Positions 31,101 through 39,818 of a stretch of 64,000 bases of DNA are shown in pieces. The notes under the pieces were generated by a model. That model made no database searches, was not told the DNA's origin, and was given only the letters and a program-made list of their open reading frames with translations. How positions within the stretch are numbered: the first letter of the stretch is position 1; every line of letters starts with the position of its first letter. Position numbers and translations under genes: made by a program. This stretch comes from a virus (Duplodnaviria > Heunggongvirae > Uroviricota > Caudoviricetes): the IMG/VR virus record IMGVR_UViG_3300042549_006728. One strand, 5' to 3'.

Positions 31101-32235
31101 ATTTTGCCCTCTGTCTCAACCTTTTATCGTTAGAAGTTGCATCCATAGATATTCTAAATCTATAATCACCTTCTGTTGCAACACCTTTAATACCATCTGG
31201 AGATGGGACTAAATTACCAAATTCATCCGTTACTACTTTTCTAACATTCATTGGTACTAATAATGACCAATTACCGTTTTCATCTACACCATTACCCTTA
31301 AAACTATATTTTTCTATTGCACCATCTACCGTTCTTCTAATTGCCTCTACATTACCAGGTCCTGTAATTACCTCGTTCATTTTACCCATTTCTCTAGTGG
31401 GTTTACAATTCTTATTTAAAGAATCTTTTTCATCATCCGAAAAAACACTACCCATAAAAATTGCGGTAGGAACTAGTTCTAAATTATCTATAGAAATATC
31501 GTACCTATTAATCCCTAATGCACTACCCACACTTAGACTATCACACCAATAAGGTTCTACCCTCACAGGAATGTTTTCTGAAAAAATTTGTGGTAAACTA
31601 TCTAAATTATTTGAGGATTTGAATTTAAACCTATCTTTAAATAAGTCATCACTATAACCTTGTTCAATCATTTCAAATGGTCGAACAGATAAGAACCCTA
31701 TATCACTTACATCCATATCATAGTGTAAGAAATGATCACCAACTGGTACCCCAAATAAAATATAATCTCCCGCCTCATTGGTAGTCGTAGTATATTTATA
31801 ATACTTTTCGTAAATTTCTAATGTCGTATTATTATCTAATACCTCTCTTTTTTTAGGAAATGTACCAACAGGTGTATGATCTAACTTTTGTTGGTTTTTT
31901 GGTAATACATTATATCTTATACCATTTCTATTTTTTTGATCAGGAAATGGTTCAGTATATGGGTAAATTGCGGATTTTACTGGATCTGTTAAATCAGTTT
32001 CATCAACAGGTACAAATATAGAAACTCTTACATTTGGGACACCGAATCCGTTATTTATTATAACTCTTCCAGCTATAACACCATATTCGGCACAAAAACT
32101 TTGGTAATCGTCTTTTTGTGATATTTTTAAACTTAATATTTCTAAATGATCATAATTTTGACTAAGATCAACATTAACCTTTAAATATCCATTTTCATTA
32201 CCTGGTTTTGTCCTAATTCTATATGATTTAGACAT
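28135..32235 (-). CDS. large Cys-rich putative virion protein with an internal hydrophobic segment
   Basis: 1366 aa; N-terminal beta-sandwich-like GRVIINNGFGVPNVRVSIF; hydrophobic LYSIICLLMTLFGHIVGFINGIL; dense Cys clusters. Confidence 0.6.
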   Translation of the reverse strand: MSKSYRIRTKPGNENGYLKVNVDLSQNYDHLEILSLKISQKDDYQSFCAEYGVIAGRVIINNGFGVPNVRVSIFVPVDETDLTDPVKSAIYPYTEPFPDQKNRNGIRYNVLPKNQQKLDHTPVGTFPKKREVLDNNTTLEIYEKYYKYTTTTNEAGDYILFGVPVGDHFLHYDMDVSDIGFLSVRPFEMIEQGYSDDLFKDRFKFKSSNNLDSLPQIFSENIPVRVEPYWCDSLSVGSALGINRYDISIDNLELVPTAIFMGSVFSDDEKDSLNKNCKPTREMGKMNEVITGPGNVEAIRRTVDGAIEKYSFKGNGVDENGNWSLLVPMNVRKVVTDEFGNLVPSPDGIKGVATEGDYRFRISMDATSNDKRLRQRAKFLVPNTNNNFNFGEYGSDDLKNSQDFTINKQLSTITTGTPYANDLRNQYNYLEEFYPFRWKKVYTVKQYIGRMQKLKNDEARGFIGIKDILNGEGVNKFPTNRIDVNLNPLYSIICLLMTLFGHIVGFINGILNIINGLITSVCSVKIPVGIGITLNYCINLPLNLELCNGNNCSEDCADSGGSFFSLSLIIKWRCIFSKLLCKKCKGICPASANHSCCPSSYASGCPSNDTIDVSASSGPPDNIPCCSKCCVKIPLIPLRCADEGTELRVTLFETPFGNQQGCNSAYVKPFSCKNCGGLQTPGIKDWVSCVMEPIAVFLRMLKFDFYNDWVGGVLYFPLIKRKFKLKKSKRKFGQIKKDKFCDFDCRESNNSVNFQGDPTFDQWRIKIPAILFSNPTISVNGCTAKIKGRRVTEWYGTEENDLQTPNLNLAVQELVFKGNTISFDGCTIKFNTFSDFQNAFNSQGIPYTIKDREIQGVHGKPEYVETDGGDGTTSWENIGGHGHHRNICDNTRMVERKEYFKNSLDCVTYSNSETFPDGSLPEDQNTFGPIDQPEGEEADANNDPNCPKPGCIPDCGSNGVAPCIYSQSEYDNYSKIIKHGLISWWDNEIYYTPYIPKGDVKFNNLEYKANLMLPTTIMELGSSVFCDIDDVPFIISSIPTTTFNVSYEEIKYKIGNETPYLDGSTKPILKFDDKKDLSLNLRAYIEFSCFNTVCTNIAATVNHSQIGVEMIDANDIGIEIGNCFLRFDHDADVRQYFCRRFNGFKTTNLNFHHIRPGSLEFDNTYQTYQPITLTDGTPLYYLLDGEYIRSEYNDGDSFIPGDACGYKNTNGTSDYFYGLAPGQTSTFINYPNGGQSLNFGQTSTGGIDLIDDEINGDVSIKGIKFNKSQTPYYLYFGLVPGKTALHKTVSQFFADKINATTLKGIGASNSNVEENINNSPNISNETQNNFTIYKTCLGETLIKKVEIGTPPVLTNNNFISFNGKGS

Positions 32236-32242
32236 TTAAATA

Positions 32243-32677
32243 TCACTTTTTTTTCTTATTATTCTTTTGTTCAAAAATCTCTATATCATCAAAATCTTTA
32301 TTTTTTTCAGAATCTTTTTTTAATTCTTCTACATAATCCACATTTTCACTAAATTGATTTTCACGTTTTTTAATTTCTCTATTATATTTGAACTTAGCAT
32401 AACCATTTAATATAGACATAAAAAACCCTTTTAATTTTTTAGTTACTTTAGGTAATGATTTAGGTAAAAAGAATGTCATAAAAATTTGACCCACTAAAAC
32501 TAAAATAATTAGTGGTAACGCAATTAAAATAACAAAAAATGCAATTAACTTAAAAAAGAAATTTCCGTTATAGTTCCCATTCTGAATAGATTCAGGAATT
32601 AAATTAATATCTATAGTTTCTTGTTTTTGTTGATTCATACTTTTTTTACTTTTTTCTTTACATGTTTTACATTCCAT
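32243..32677 (-). CDS. small membrane protein with N-terminal CxxC
   Basis: MECKTCK start; long hydrophobic stretch FFFKLIAFFVILIALPLIILVLVGQIFMTFFLP. Confidence 0.75.
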   Translation of the reverse strand: MECKTCKEKSKKSMNQQKQETIDINLIPESIQNGNYNGNFFFKLIAFFVILIALPLIILVLVGQIFMTFFLPKSLPKVTKKLKGFFMSILNGYAKFKYNREIKKRENQFSENVDYVEELKKDSEKNKDFDDIEIFEQKNNKKKK

Positions 32678-32727
32678 AACTTATATTTTTTATAATAAAA
32701 CTAATTAGTTTTTCAAAAAAGTAATTA

Positions 32728-34557
32728 CTATGATGTAGAAATAGTGACTTTTATATCTTTATTTGGGAATTTTACCTCAAACATCGCATTAGGTGCACCA
32801 AATAATGTATACCTACCTAATAGATCTATCTGTCTAGTTGTATCATCAATATATGGTTGAGCTATCTCATTTAAAGAATATTTACCATTTTCATTAACTT
32901 TATTAAATACTCTAAGATCGGTAACATTTAAAACTCCCGCCACATTATTTATATTCTCTACTAATTGAGATATGTAGATATTATCACCCATATCCCATTT
33001 GTTGATATCAAAATATTGTGTAACTGATGAGATAACACCTGATATAACTTCTCCTTTTGGAGTTGCCTTATCTGCAAAAATATCTATCTCAAAACCTAAA
33101 TTAATTACCCTACCATTTTTAACAGTGACGTAATCATTTATCATTCTATAATCCGCCAAATATTCTGCAATATTTTGTTTTAGGGTTGAGGTTGACTCAG
33201 TAGTTAATTTACTAGCCGAATCTAATGCCAATATATAAACATTAATTTTATTTCTTTCCTCCCATACACCTGTTCTAAATGGAACACCAAATTTACCAGG
33301 CATTAGTGGAACTCTACTTTGGTAATCTTTTATAGTTACACATCTATCTTGTGCAGAAAAATTATACTTAACTAAATTTCTTATTTCTTCAACTGATGGT
33401 TCTTCTTTACCCCCTAATGCAGGAATTGGGTTATTAACACTAATACTATTTTTTACAATTCTATTAATGTTACTGTCATCACCATTTATGATACTACTAA
33501 CAGTACCTAAAGTAGTAATAGTATTTGGACCAATATTCGAATCTTGTCCACCACCTATTCTATATCTAACATATAGTGTGTTATTTGTTTGTGGTATCGC
33601 ACCTAATGATAAATTATTAACTACTCTACCTATTCTATCTATTTGTCCTCTACAACCGATGAATTCATTTAATTCTGAAATATCTGAATCACCTGCACCA
33701 AATGTTATTTTACAAAAACCATTATCAGTAAATTCTTTAATAAATCTTTGCGGTGCATTCTTCCATTTACCTACAACAACTCCTTCTCTATCAGAAACAG
33801 TATTCTCATCTTCTATATAAATCTCTGCCTGTGCCAATGCAGGTACCTCAAACCAATTATAGTTGAAATTGGAAAAGTCTGCTTCCGTTGGGTTGTTAAT
33901 AAAATTAGTACCTTCTTTAGTTATTATGTTTTCTATCGATAATACATTATCTTCAGGTAATATAATCTCTAAAAATGGTCTGTAATCTTCTCTACTTAAT
34001 GTTTTTTTAAATATCTTTGTGAAACCATTTAACATGATTTCCCTTTTTGTAAGAGAGTAGTTTTGAATTATCCCACTACCATCTATATTAGGTATTATTA
34101 ATCTATTAGGTATACCTCCTGTCGTAAATGGAGATGAGAAATCACAATCTTCTATTAATTCAAATACCTTTCCAGCACCAGTTGCCTGTGAACCTTTAAG
34201 TATTTTAGGTGCATAACTTATGTCAAATGTATCACCATTTACAGGAATATTAGTCACAGTCCAATCCACAATCGTAATACTTGGTCGTTTACCTGGTATA
34301 TTTAAACCAAAAGTTCTTGCCAATTCTAAAACTGATGATCTTTCTTGTGCATAACTTATTTGTGTCTCATTAAACATCCTATCAGTGTGGAATGATAACA
34401 TATCACCTACTGCAGCGTTTAATTCTAATAACATCATACCTACAGAGGCATCGTTAAAATCTGAAAAAATCTCAGGATAATACTTCTGTATAAATTCAAT
34501 AAGTTGTAATCTCACATCTGTGAAGTTACGTGCATTATAATCTATTTTTTTTGCCAT
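32728..34557 (-). CDS. baseplate wedge subunit (T4 gp6 / baseplate J-like)
   Basis: IDYNARNF, FSDFNDASVGMMLLE, YAQERSSVLELARTFG, YRIGGG, GGKEEPSVEEIR, AQDRCVTIKDY. Confidence 0.88.
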   Translation of the reverse strand: MAKKIDYNARNFTDVRLQLIEFIQKYYPEIFSDFNDASVGMMLLELNAAVGDMLSFHTDRMFNETQISYAQERSSVLELARTFGLNIPGKRPSITIVDWTVTNIPVNGDTFDISYAPKILKGSQATGAGKVFELIEDCDFSSPFTTGGIPNRLIIPNIDGSGIIQNYSLTKREIMLNGFTKIFKKTLSREDYRPFLEIILPEDNVLSIENIITKEGTNFINNPTEADFSNFNYNWFEVPALAQAEIYIEDENTVSDREGVVVGKWKNAPQRFIKEFTDNGFCKITFGAGDSDISELNEFIGCRGQIDRIGRVVNNLSLGAIPQTNNTLYVRYRIGGGQDSNIGPNTITTLGTVSSIINGDDSNINRIVKNSISVNNPIPALGGKEEPSVEEIRNLVKYNFSAQDRCVTIKDYQSRVPLMPGKFGVPFRTGVWEERNKINVYILALDSASKLTTESTSTLKQNIAEYLADYRMINDYVTVKNGRVINLGFEIDIFADKATPKGEVISGVISSVTQYFDINKWDMGDNIYISQLVENINNVAGVLNVTDLRVFNKVNENGKYSLNEIAQPYIDDTTRQIDLLGRYTLFGAPNAMFEVKFPNKDIKVTISTS

Positions 34558-34559
34558 AT

Positions 34560-34943
34560 TTAGAATGTTAAGGTTATAGTATCAGTACTTGCGAAAGTTC
34601 CTTCCGTAACCGTATAAGTTAATTCCACAATTATTAATTCTTCTATATCATCATTTCTAAATGATATATCGTTTATAAGTAAGTTTGGTATATACAGTTT
34701 AATTGTGTCGTTTAAATTATCCCTAATTTGATCATGCGTAATTGCATCATTTGGTTCAAAAATGTATTTTTTTAAATCACTACCGAAATCTGGAAGATAT
34801 AGTCTTTCTCCTTTATTAGTTAGAAGTAAATGCAATAAATCTGATCTAATAGCATCTTTATCAGTTTTATTCATTTTAAAATAAAAACCGTTATCACTAT
34901 CTCTAAAAGGGAAATCTATATTTATATACCTAGTCTTTGCCAT
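34560..34943 (-). CDS. baseplate wedge subunit, T4 gp25-like
   Basis: INIDFPF and LLHLLLTNKGERLYLPDFGSDLKKYIFEP motifs; directly upstream of the gp6-like gene. Confidence 0.9.
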   Translation of the reverse strand: MAKTRYINIDFPFRDSDNGFYFKMNKTDKDAIRSDLLHLLLTNKGERLYLPDFGSDLKKYIFEPNDAITHDQIRDNLNDTIKLYIPNLLINDISFRNDDIEELIIVELTYTVTEGTFASTDTITLTF

Positions 34944-34948
34944 ATGTA

Positions 34949-34957
34949 TATAAATAT
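34949..34957 (-). promoter_or_regulatory. putative late-promoter motif ATATTTATA
   Basis: 5 nt before the gp25-like ATG. Confidence 0.5.
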
Positions 34958-35003
34958 AATAGTATAAAATTTTTGAAAAGAAATATTAAAATAATAATTA
35001 ATA

Positions 35004-36905
35004 TTACTCACATTTAACTTCCATGTTAAATATTGTTCTTTCTAATGGTGAAAATGCTAATACAATAACATTAAAATTTTCATTCTCTTTAGTTATTTTA
35101 AAGGATGTACCCGATTTCATTATACCTTTATATTTAACTATATTATCTTTAATGTTACCTGTTTTAATAATTTCGTCAGTTATTTTTTCTGCTTCAGAAT
35201 CCCCATTTTTGAAAATATCGGTAACATTTAATTTCCCTCCTTTAGATTTAATTGATGCATTGATGCTTTCTAATAAACCATCTTCACGTTTATACATTAT
35301 TAATTCACCAACAAAGTTTCTGACAACATTATCCATTCCACTATAATCATTATCACCCGCATTCAATTCGTCTTTAACAATTTTTTTAACGTAATCAGAT
35401 TGTAATGGTAAAACTTTTTTCTTTTCCAATACACTTAGAGCAACTTGTTTATATTCCATATTATAAACATCACCCATAAATCCACTAAAAAATTCTTGAT
35501 CACCATATTTTAGATAAAATGCGTCTGGAACAACTAATGAGTCAAATGAAATTGTCACTGTGTCTCCTTCACCTACAGGAAAACTACTATCTAGTGACGC
35601 AGCAACAAAGTTATTTTGTTTTGTACCCCTACCACCTTCTTTTTTTGTGGAAGAATTACATTTTATAGGTGGTTTTGGTGTAACACAATTACACGCTTCT
35701 GGAATAGGTTTTACCTTACCTTCAGGGCAATCACATTCTTTTGTCTCCTCATTGTATTTCATTCCATCAGGACATTTACACTTACCATCCTCATCTCTTT
35801 TCATACATTTATTAGGACATTCTTCTGGTGGTAATTTTACACATCTACAATCCTCTGTCTTTTTAAAATCTTTAGGGCAATCACATTCTTTTGTCTCCTC
35901 ATTGAATGTCATTCCTTCTGGACAATCACATTTTTTTGTTTCTTTATTAAATGTCATACAAGGATCTGGACAACTATTACATTCACAATTTTCATCTGCC
36001 TCTTTACCGTTAGGGCAAAAACATTTACCATCTTTTTCTGTTAACCCTTCTTTACATTTACATTTTTTTGTTTGTGTATCCCTAATCATACATTTGGGAC
36101 ACGGATCATTAGGTGTAAAACATAAAATTGCATCTATCATTACAAATTGACCAGCATTTAATTCACCACTTTTAATAGATGCCATTACACTAGAATGTGT
36201 ATCAGTTTTATCAGTAGTATATATTGATCCCGATTCAACTGATTTTACTTCTTGTTTAAAATTATCTGCTACTTTAATATTATTTTGTTGTGCGTACGCA
36301 ACAATTTTATTTGTAAGTTCATCTAAAACTTTTTGTGCTCTTCTTTTTGCTAAATCTTCATTCTTCTTTTTACCTGTAGCATTTTTATCATATGTCGCTT
36401 TCGGAGTTTTATCAAAACCCTTACAACCCGAACCCCAAGGTTTTAATGATTTTATACCAACATTAACATCATATTCGTTACAATATTTAGGTTCTACCGC
36501 AGGAAATTTATTACTATTACTACCTTTCCAGTAATTACTAGCACCACCAAATACATTAATGTCCTCAACAGTGAACTGTCCATCTTCAAATAAACCAAAT
36601 TGTTCTTCTACTTTTTGTTTAAATTTTTGGAAGAATTTTTCAGGTACTTCGGTATTTACATCACTTTCAGTGTTATATCTTTCAGTGTTTGTAATATAAA
36701 CACAATTTTTTTTATCTGTTTTTTTTAACTCAGTAGTAGGTTCTGGTTTAGTTTCTGTAGATTTATTACTATCATTTGTTTTAGTTTCCGCAGGTTTAGA
36801 TGAAACCCCTTGAACTGAGGAAGTACTCACTTCATTAATATTTGAGGTGCTATCATACACCATTAAAGACTTAATTCTTTGCAACTCTTCAAAAAGATTC
36901 TTCAT
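35004..36905 (-). CDS. leader-bearing protein with OmpA-like segment and CxC Cys-rich repeats
   Basis: Leader MKNLFEELQRIKSLM; FGGASN...NEDLAKRRAQKVLDEL (OmpA-C-like); 26 Cys over 35658-36122; C-terminal SFDSLVVPDAFYLKYG domain. Confidence 0.75.
   Translation of the reverse strand: MKNLFEELQRIKSLMVYDSTSNINEVSTSSVQGVSSKPAETKTNDSNKSTETKPEPTTELKKTDKKNCVYITNTERYNTESDVNTEVPEKFFQKFKQKVEEQFGLFEDGQFTVEDINVFGGASNYWKGSNSNKFPAVEPKYCNEYDVNVGIKSLKPWGSGCKGFDKTPKATYDKNATGKKKNEDLAKRRAQKVLDELTNKIVAYAQQNNIKVADNFKQEVKSVESGSIYTTDKTDTHSSVMASIKSGELNAGQFVMIDAILCFTPNDPCPKCMIRDTQTKKCKCKEGLTEKDGKCFCPNGKEADENCECNSCPDPCMTFNKETKKCDCPEGMTFNEETKECDCPKDFKKTEDCRCVKLPPEECPNKCMKRDEDGKCKCPDGMKYNEETKECDCPEGKVKPIPEACNCVTPKPPIKCNSSTKKEGGRGTKQNNFVAASLDSSFPVGEGDTVTISFDSLVVPDAFYLKYGDQEFFSGFMGDVYNMEYKQVALSVLEKKKVLPLQSDYVKKIVKDELNAGDNDYSGMDNVVRNFVGELIMYKREDGLLESINASIKSKGGKLNVTDIFKNGDSEAEKITDEIIKTGNIKDNIVKYKGIMKSGTSFKITKENENFNVIVLAFSPLERTIFNMEVKCE
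35724..35904 (-). repeat. 31-bp perfect direct repeat 150 bp apart (50-aa Cys-module duplication)
   Basis: agggcaatcacattcttttgtctcctcattg at 35724-35754 and 35874-35904; encodes NEETKECDCP twice. Confidence 0.92.
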
Positions 36906-36920
36906 ATTCTTTTAAAAATT

Positions 36921-36951
36921 TTTGTTTATTAAAAAAAAACTATTATATTTG
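36921..36951 (+). promoter_or_regulatory. Bacteroidota-type promoter TTTG-N19-TATATTTG
   Basis: Plus strand TTTG tttattaaaaaaaaactat TATATTTG, ending 24 nt before ATG 36976. Confidence 0.75.
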
Positions 36952-36975
36952 TTCTTATATAAATACAAAACAACT

Positions 36976-37542
36976 ATGAAAAATTTAATCATCATCCTAT
37001 TATTTTTAAATCCTTTTGTGGATTTTTCTCAAAATCTTTTTACTAAAGAAGAAATTTTACTTGCCACAGAAGGTGGGGATAGATGGCATAAGGATATTAA
37101 AATATCTTTATATGGTAACTACAGTAAACAAGATTCTTTAGATGTAGTTGAAAACATTAAGATTTTTAAACCATTAATAAAACCTATCAATATTAGTATG
37201 GTTAAAAATATTGATTCCGCCAATGTAGTTATTTATTTCTTAACTGATGATGAGTTTGGGACTAAGTTCAAATGGAGTAAAGAATTTGTTAAGTTAAGTA
37301 TAGGTCAATCTTTTATAGAACCTATTAAATACTCAATTAAACGTGTTGATATTCATATAGATATTGTTGAAAATAAAGAATTTAAATCTTTTTCTAATAC
37401 AATTAGACATGAAATGTTTCATATGTTAGGTTTTTATCATTATAGTAAAGAGAATAATTCTATATTAGATCACGATCATTATTTAACTGAAAAAGATAAA
37501 CAAATGATAAAATATCTTTATTCAGATAAATTTAAGGTATAA
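36976..37542 (+). CDS. putative exported zinc metalloprotease (zincin)
   Basis: Start moved to ATG 36976 (downstream of the promoter); signal-peptide-like MKNLIIILLFLNPFVDFSQ; HEMFHMLGFYH = HExxHxxGxxH. Confidence 0.75.
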   Translation: MKNLIIILLFLNPFVDFSQNLFTKEEILLATEGGDRWHKDIKISLYGNYSKQDSLDVVENIKIFKPLIKPINISMVKNIDSANVVIYFLTDDEFGTKFKWSKEFVKLSIGQSFIEPIKYSIKRVDIHIDIVENKEFKSFSNTIRHEMFHMLGFYHYSKENNSILDHDHYLTEKDKQMIKYLYSDKFKV

Positions 37543-37570
37543 AAAAAATCACTACGATTGTAGTGATTTT
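37541..37570. terminator. bidirectional intrinsic terminator between convergent genes
   Basis: Perfect 11-bp stem aaaatcactac-gatt-gtagtgatttt with an A-run before and a T-run after. Confidence 0.8.
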
Positions 37571-37776
37571 CTTATTTTTGTATTACCTTTTTCATATTTT
37601 GGTTCAAACGGACAATGTTTACATCCGTTACCACAACATGATTTTCTATTTAAGTGGTATGATTCAGTCAATACCATTTTACCATCTTCCCAATAGAAGT
37701 CAGTAGGTTGTAATTTAGGTCCAAATTCCCTAACATATAATTGTTGTATCCAATCTTTTGATGCCCCTACATTCAT
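37552..37776 (-). CDS. DUF5522-like small Cys/His metal-binding protein
   Basis: DFYWEDGKMVLTESYHLNRKSCCGNGCKHCPF pattern. Confidence 0.8.
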   Translation of the reverse strand: MNVGASKDWIQQLYVREFGPKLQPTDFYWEDGKMVLTESYHLNRKSCCGNGCKHCPFEPKYEKGNTKIRKSLQS

Positions 37777-37799
37777 AATTAATTATTTTTTCTTATATT

Positions 37800-37837
37800 A
37801 TATAACGCTAACAGTACTTGATGTGTTAGCGTTATAT
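37800..37837. other. 14-bp perfect inverted repeat downstream of nrdJ
   Basis: atataacgctaaca-(10 nt)-tgttagcgttatat; no poly-U tail on either strand. Confidence 0.8.
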
Positions 37838-37862
37838 CATTACCCCATTTTACTTTCATATC

Positions 37863-39722
37863 TTATATAATTTCACAAGCTCCTCCAGCACAAGCAACTT
37901 CACCAGAAAGATTAGTATTATCTTGTAACTCAATTACCTTTGTTAAATCGACAGAAGTTAATGATTTCAATAATGTATCGTAAGTTTCTATTGTACAATC
38001 TTCAAATGGTGCCTGTTGGTAAGTACCTCCATTGTATGGTAAAACAGATAATCCATTATATGATTTCCTATTTGTCCACATCCATTCACCAGCTAATTCC
38101 CAATCTTCCTCTTTTAAAGATATTGTTGCAGATACATTATGACTATTTTGTCCACCTCTATGTCCTGGTTTAATCCATTCTTGTGATACTTTTTTAACTC
38201 TATCCAATAAATCAAAAGGTGATTCATATCTTAAAATTGATCCTTCTGGTGATTTTTGTGGGATAGAAATAACTGCGGTATCATGCGGTCTAAAAATTTC
38301 ATCCTCAACTAATTCTGGATGATTTACCGATAGGTATGTATAGATTGCCTCATTTTTACCAACTCTAATTCTTCTAACATAATAATCATTATGCCAAGCA
38401 TGAATACCAGAAGAAGTTCCTAAAACTAATGATGAGGTACCTGATGGTTTAACTGTTGTAGTTCTAGCTGCCGAATTAATCCCAATTAATTTTGCGACTC
38501 TAGAATTCTCTTCTTTAACTGCGTTAGCGGCAGCTTTCATATCATAACCTAAAACTACACCTGATCCTATTCCTGTCATTCCAACACCTATTAAGGCATC
38601 TTTTTCTGTAGTTCTTTTCCAAACATCTCTTAAATAATGGAAGTCAGTATATCCTGCCTGAAGTGTTCCAATAAATGCTGCCCCTTTAACTCTTTTTTCA
38701 AAATCTTCTTGTGATTCTATATCCGATGCGTTTACCTCACATAGATTACAGAACTGATATGGTCTCAAACCTATTTCACAACATGGATTTGTTCCCCAAT
38801 CTTTATCATTTGAAAAGTAGATTCCTGGTTCGCCAGCACCACTCAATTCAATTCTTTTCCATAAATCTAAAAAGAATTCTTTAGTAACTTTATGTCTTAA
38901 TAAAACTGCTGAATTATTAGCTCTACCTCTTTGTGGATTTAATTCCCACCAATTACCTGATTTACAAGAAATCATTTCGTTATCATCTGCAGAAAATAAA
39001 CTTATTAATGCTGCTCTACGAATACCACCTGCCAAAACTGCATCTGCAATATGACAAACAATATCATGAACTTCAATCGCAGTAAGTTTATCACCATCAT
39101 TTTTAGAATCTAATACTTTTTTAATATTGTGTATACAATCTTTTAATGGTTGAGGACCTGGAGCTTTACCACCAGAAGTTACTAATAACGCACCCTTATG
39201 TCTGATGTCAGAAAAATCAAATGTCGGTGTTGATGACTTAACACCTAAATATGATTCAACCAAAAGTTTAATTGCGTCTGCCCATCCCTCAATAGAATCA
39301 CTGATTAGATACCTTCTTTTTCTATCGGGATTAGGTTTTCTAATTTCAGGTAATTTTTCAACATGATGTTTTTGTACTGAATATCCTACTCCAGTTCCAC
39401 CTAATAAAAGGAACATAGTTTCAGAAAACGCATCAACATGATCAATAGGTAAATATGCACAATTATATACCCTATTTGGAGAAATTTCAATAGGCTTACC
39501 TCCAAATTGTAAACTTCTCATTGAAGGTAAAATCTTTTTATCATAAACTAATTCATATACTTCCTCAATATCATCTTTAATATGAGGATATTTTTTTTGG
39601 TGCATTTCTTTATTTCTAGTAACCAATTCTTCCCATGTTTCTCTTCTGTTTTTTTCAGGTAGATACTTGGCGTATTTCATGTAAACAGTAATGTCGGATA
39701 AAATCCTATTTGTTAATTCCAT
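37863..39722 (-). CDS. nrdJ: class II (adenosylcobalamin-dependent) ribonucleotide reductase, monomeric RTPR-type
   Basis: ILPSMRSLQFGG, GGTGVGYS, GGIRRAA, NPCCEI, CNL, TTVKPSGT and C-terminal CAGGAC. Confidence 0.93.
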   Translation of the reverse strand: MELTNRILSDITVYMKYAKYLPEKNRRETWEELVTRNKEMHQKKYPHIKDDIEEVYELVYDKKILPSMRSLQFGGKPIEISPNRVYNCAYLPIDHVDAFSETMFLLLGGTGVGYSVQKHHVEKLPEIRKPNPDRKRRYLISDSIEGWADAIKLLVESYLGVKSSTPTFDFSDIRHKGALLVTSGGKAPGPQPLKDCIHNIKKVLDSKNDGDKLTAIEVHDIVCHIADAVLAGGIRRAALISLFSADDNEMISCKSGNWWELNPQRGRANNSAVLLRHKVTKEFFLDLWKRIELSGAGEPGIYFSNDKDWGTNPCCEIGLRPYQFCNLCEVNASDIESQEDFEKRVKGAAFIGTLQAGYTDFHYLRDVWKRTTEKDALIGVGMTGIGSGVVLGYDMKAAANAVKEENSRVAKLIGINSAARTTTVKPSGTSSLVLGTSSGIHAWHNDYYVRRIRVGKNEAIYTYLSVNHPELVEDEIFRPHDTAVISIPQKSPEGSILRYESPFDLLDRVKKVSQEWIKPGHRGGQNSHNVSATISLKEEDWELAGEWMWTNRKSYNGLSVLPYNGGTYQQAPFEDCTIETYDTLLKSLTSVDLTKVIELQDNTNLSGEVACAGGACEII

Positions 39723-39818
39723 TTTTAAATTTTTTTTAATTTTTTATTTATTAATTTTTGGTGTGTAAATTTCCATATGACTTATTGTTTAAACCATTAT
39801 ATCTTTTTAAAATCTACT

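Noticed and set aside
28135-36905. Eukaryotic giant-virus origin suggested by Cys-rich EGF-like proteins
   Set aside because: gp25/gp6/gp53/gp26-like contractile-tail genes, bacterial promoters and intrinsic terminators indicate a tailed bacteriophage.
36922-36975. Longer N-terminus (MFIKKKLL...) of the zincin ORF
   Set aside because: It overlaps the gene's own promoter; ATG 36976 gives a cleaner signal-peptide-like start.
39723-39818. Possible cobalamin riboswitch upstream of nrdJ
   Set aside because: Only 96 nt of A/T-rich sequence, with no B12-box or GC-rich stems visible.
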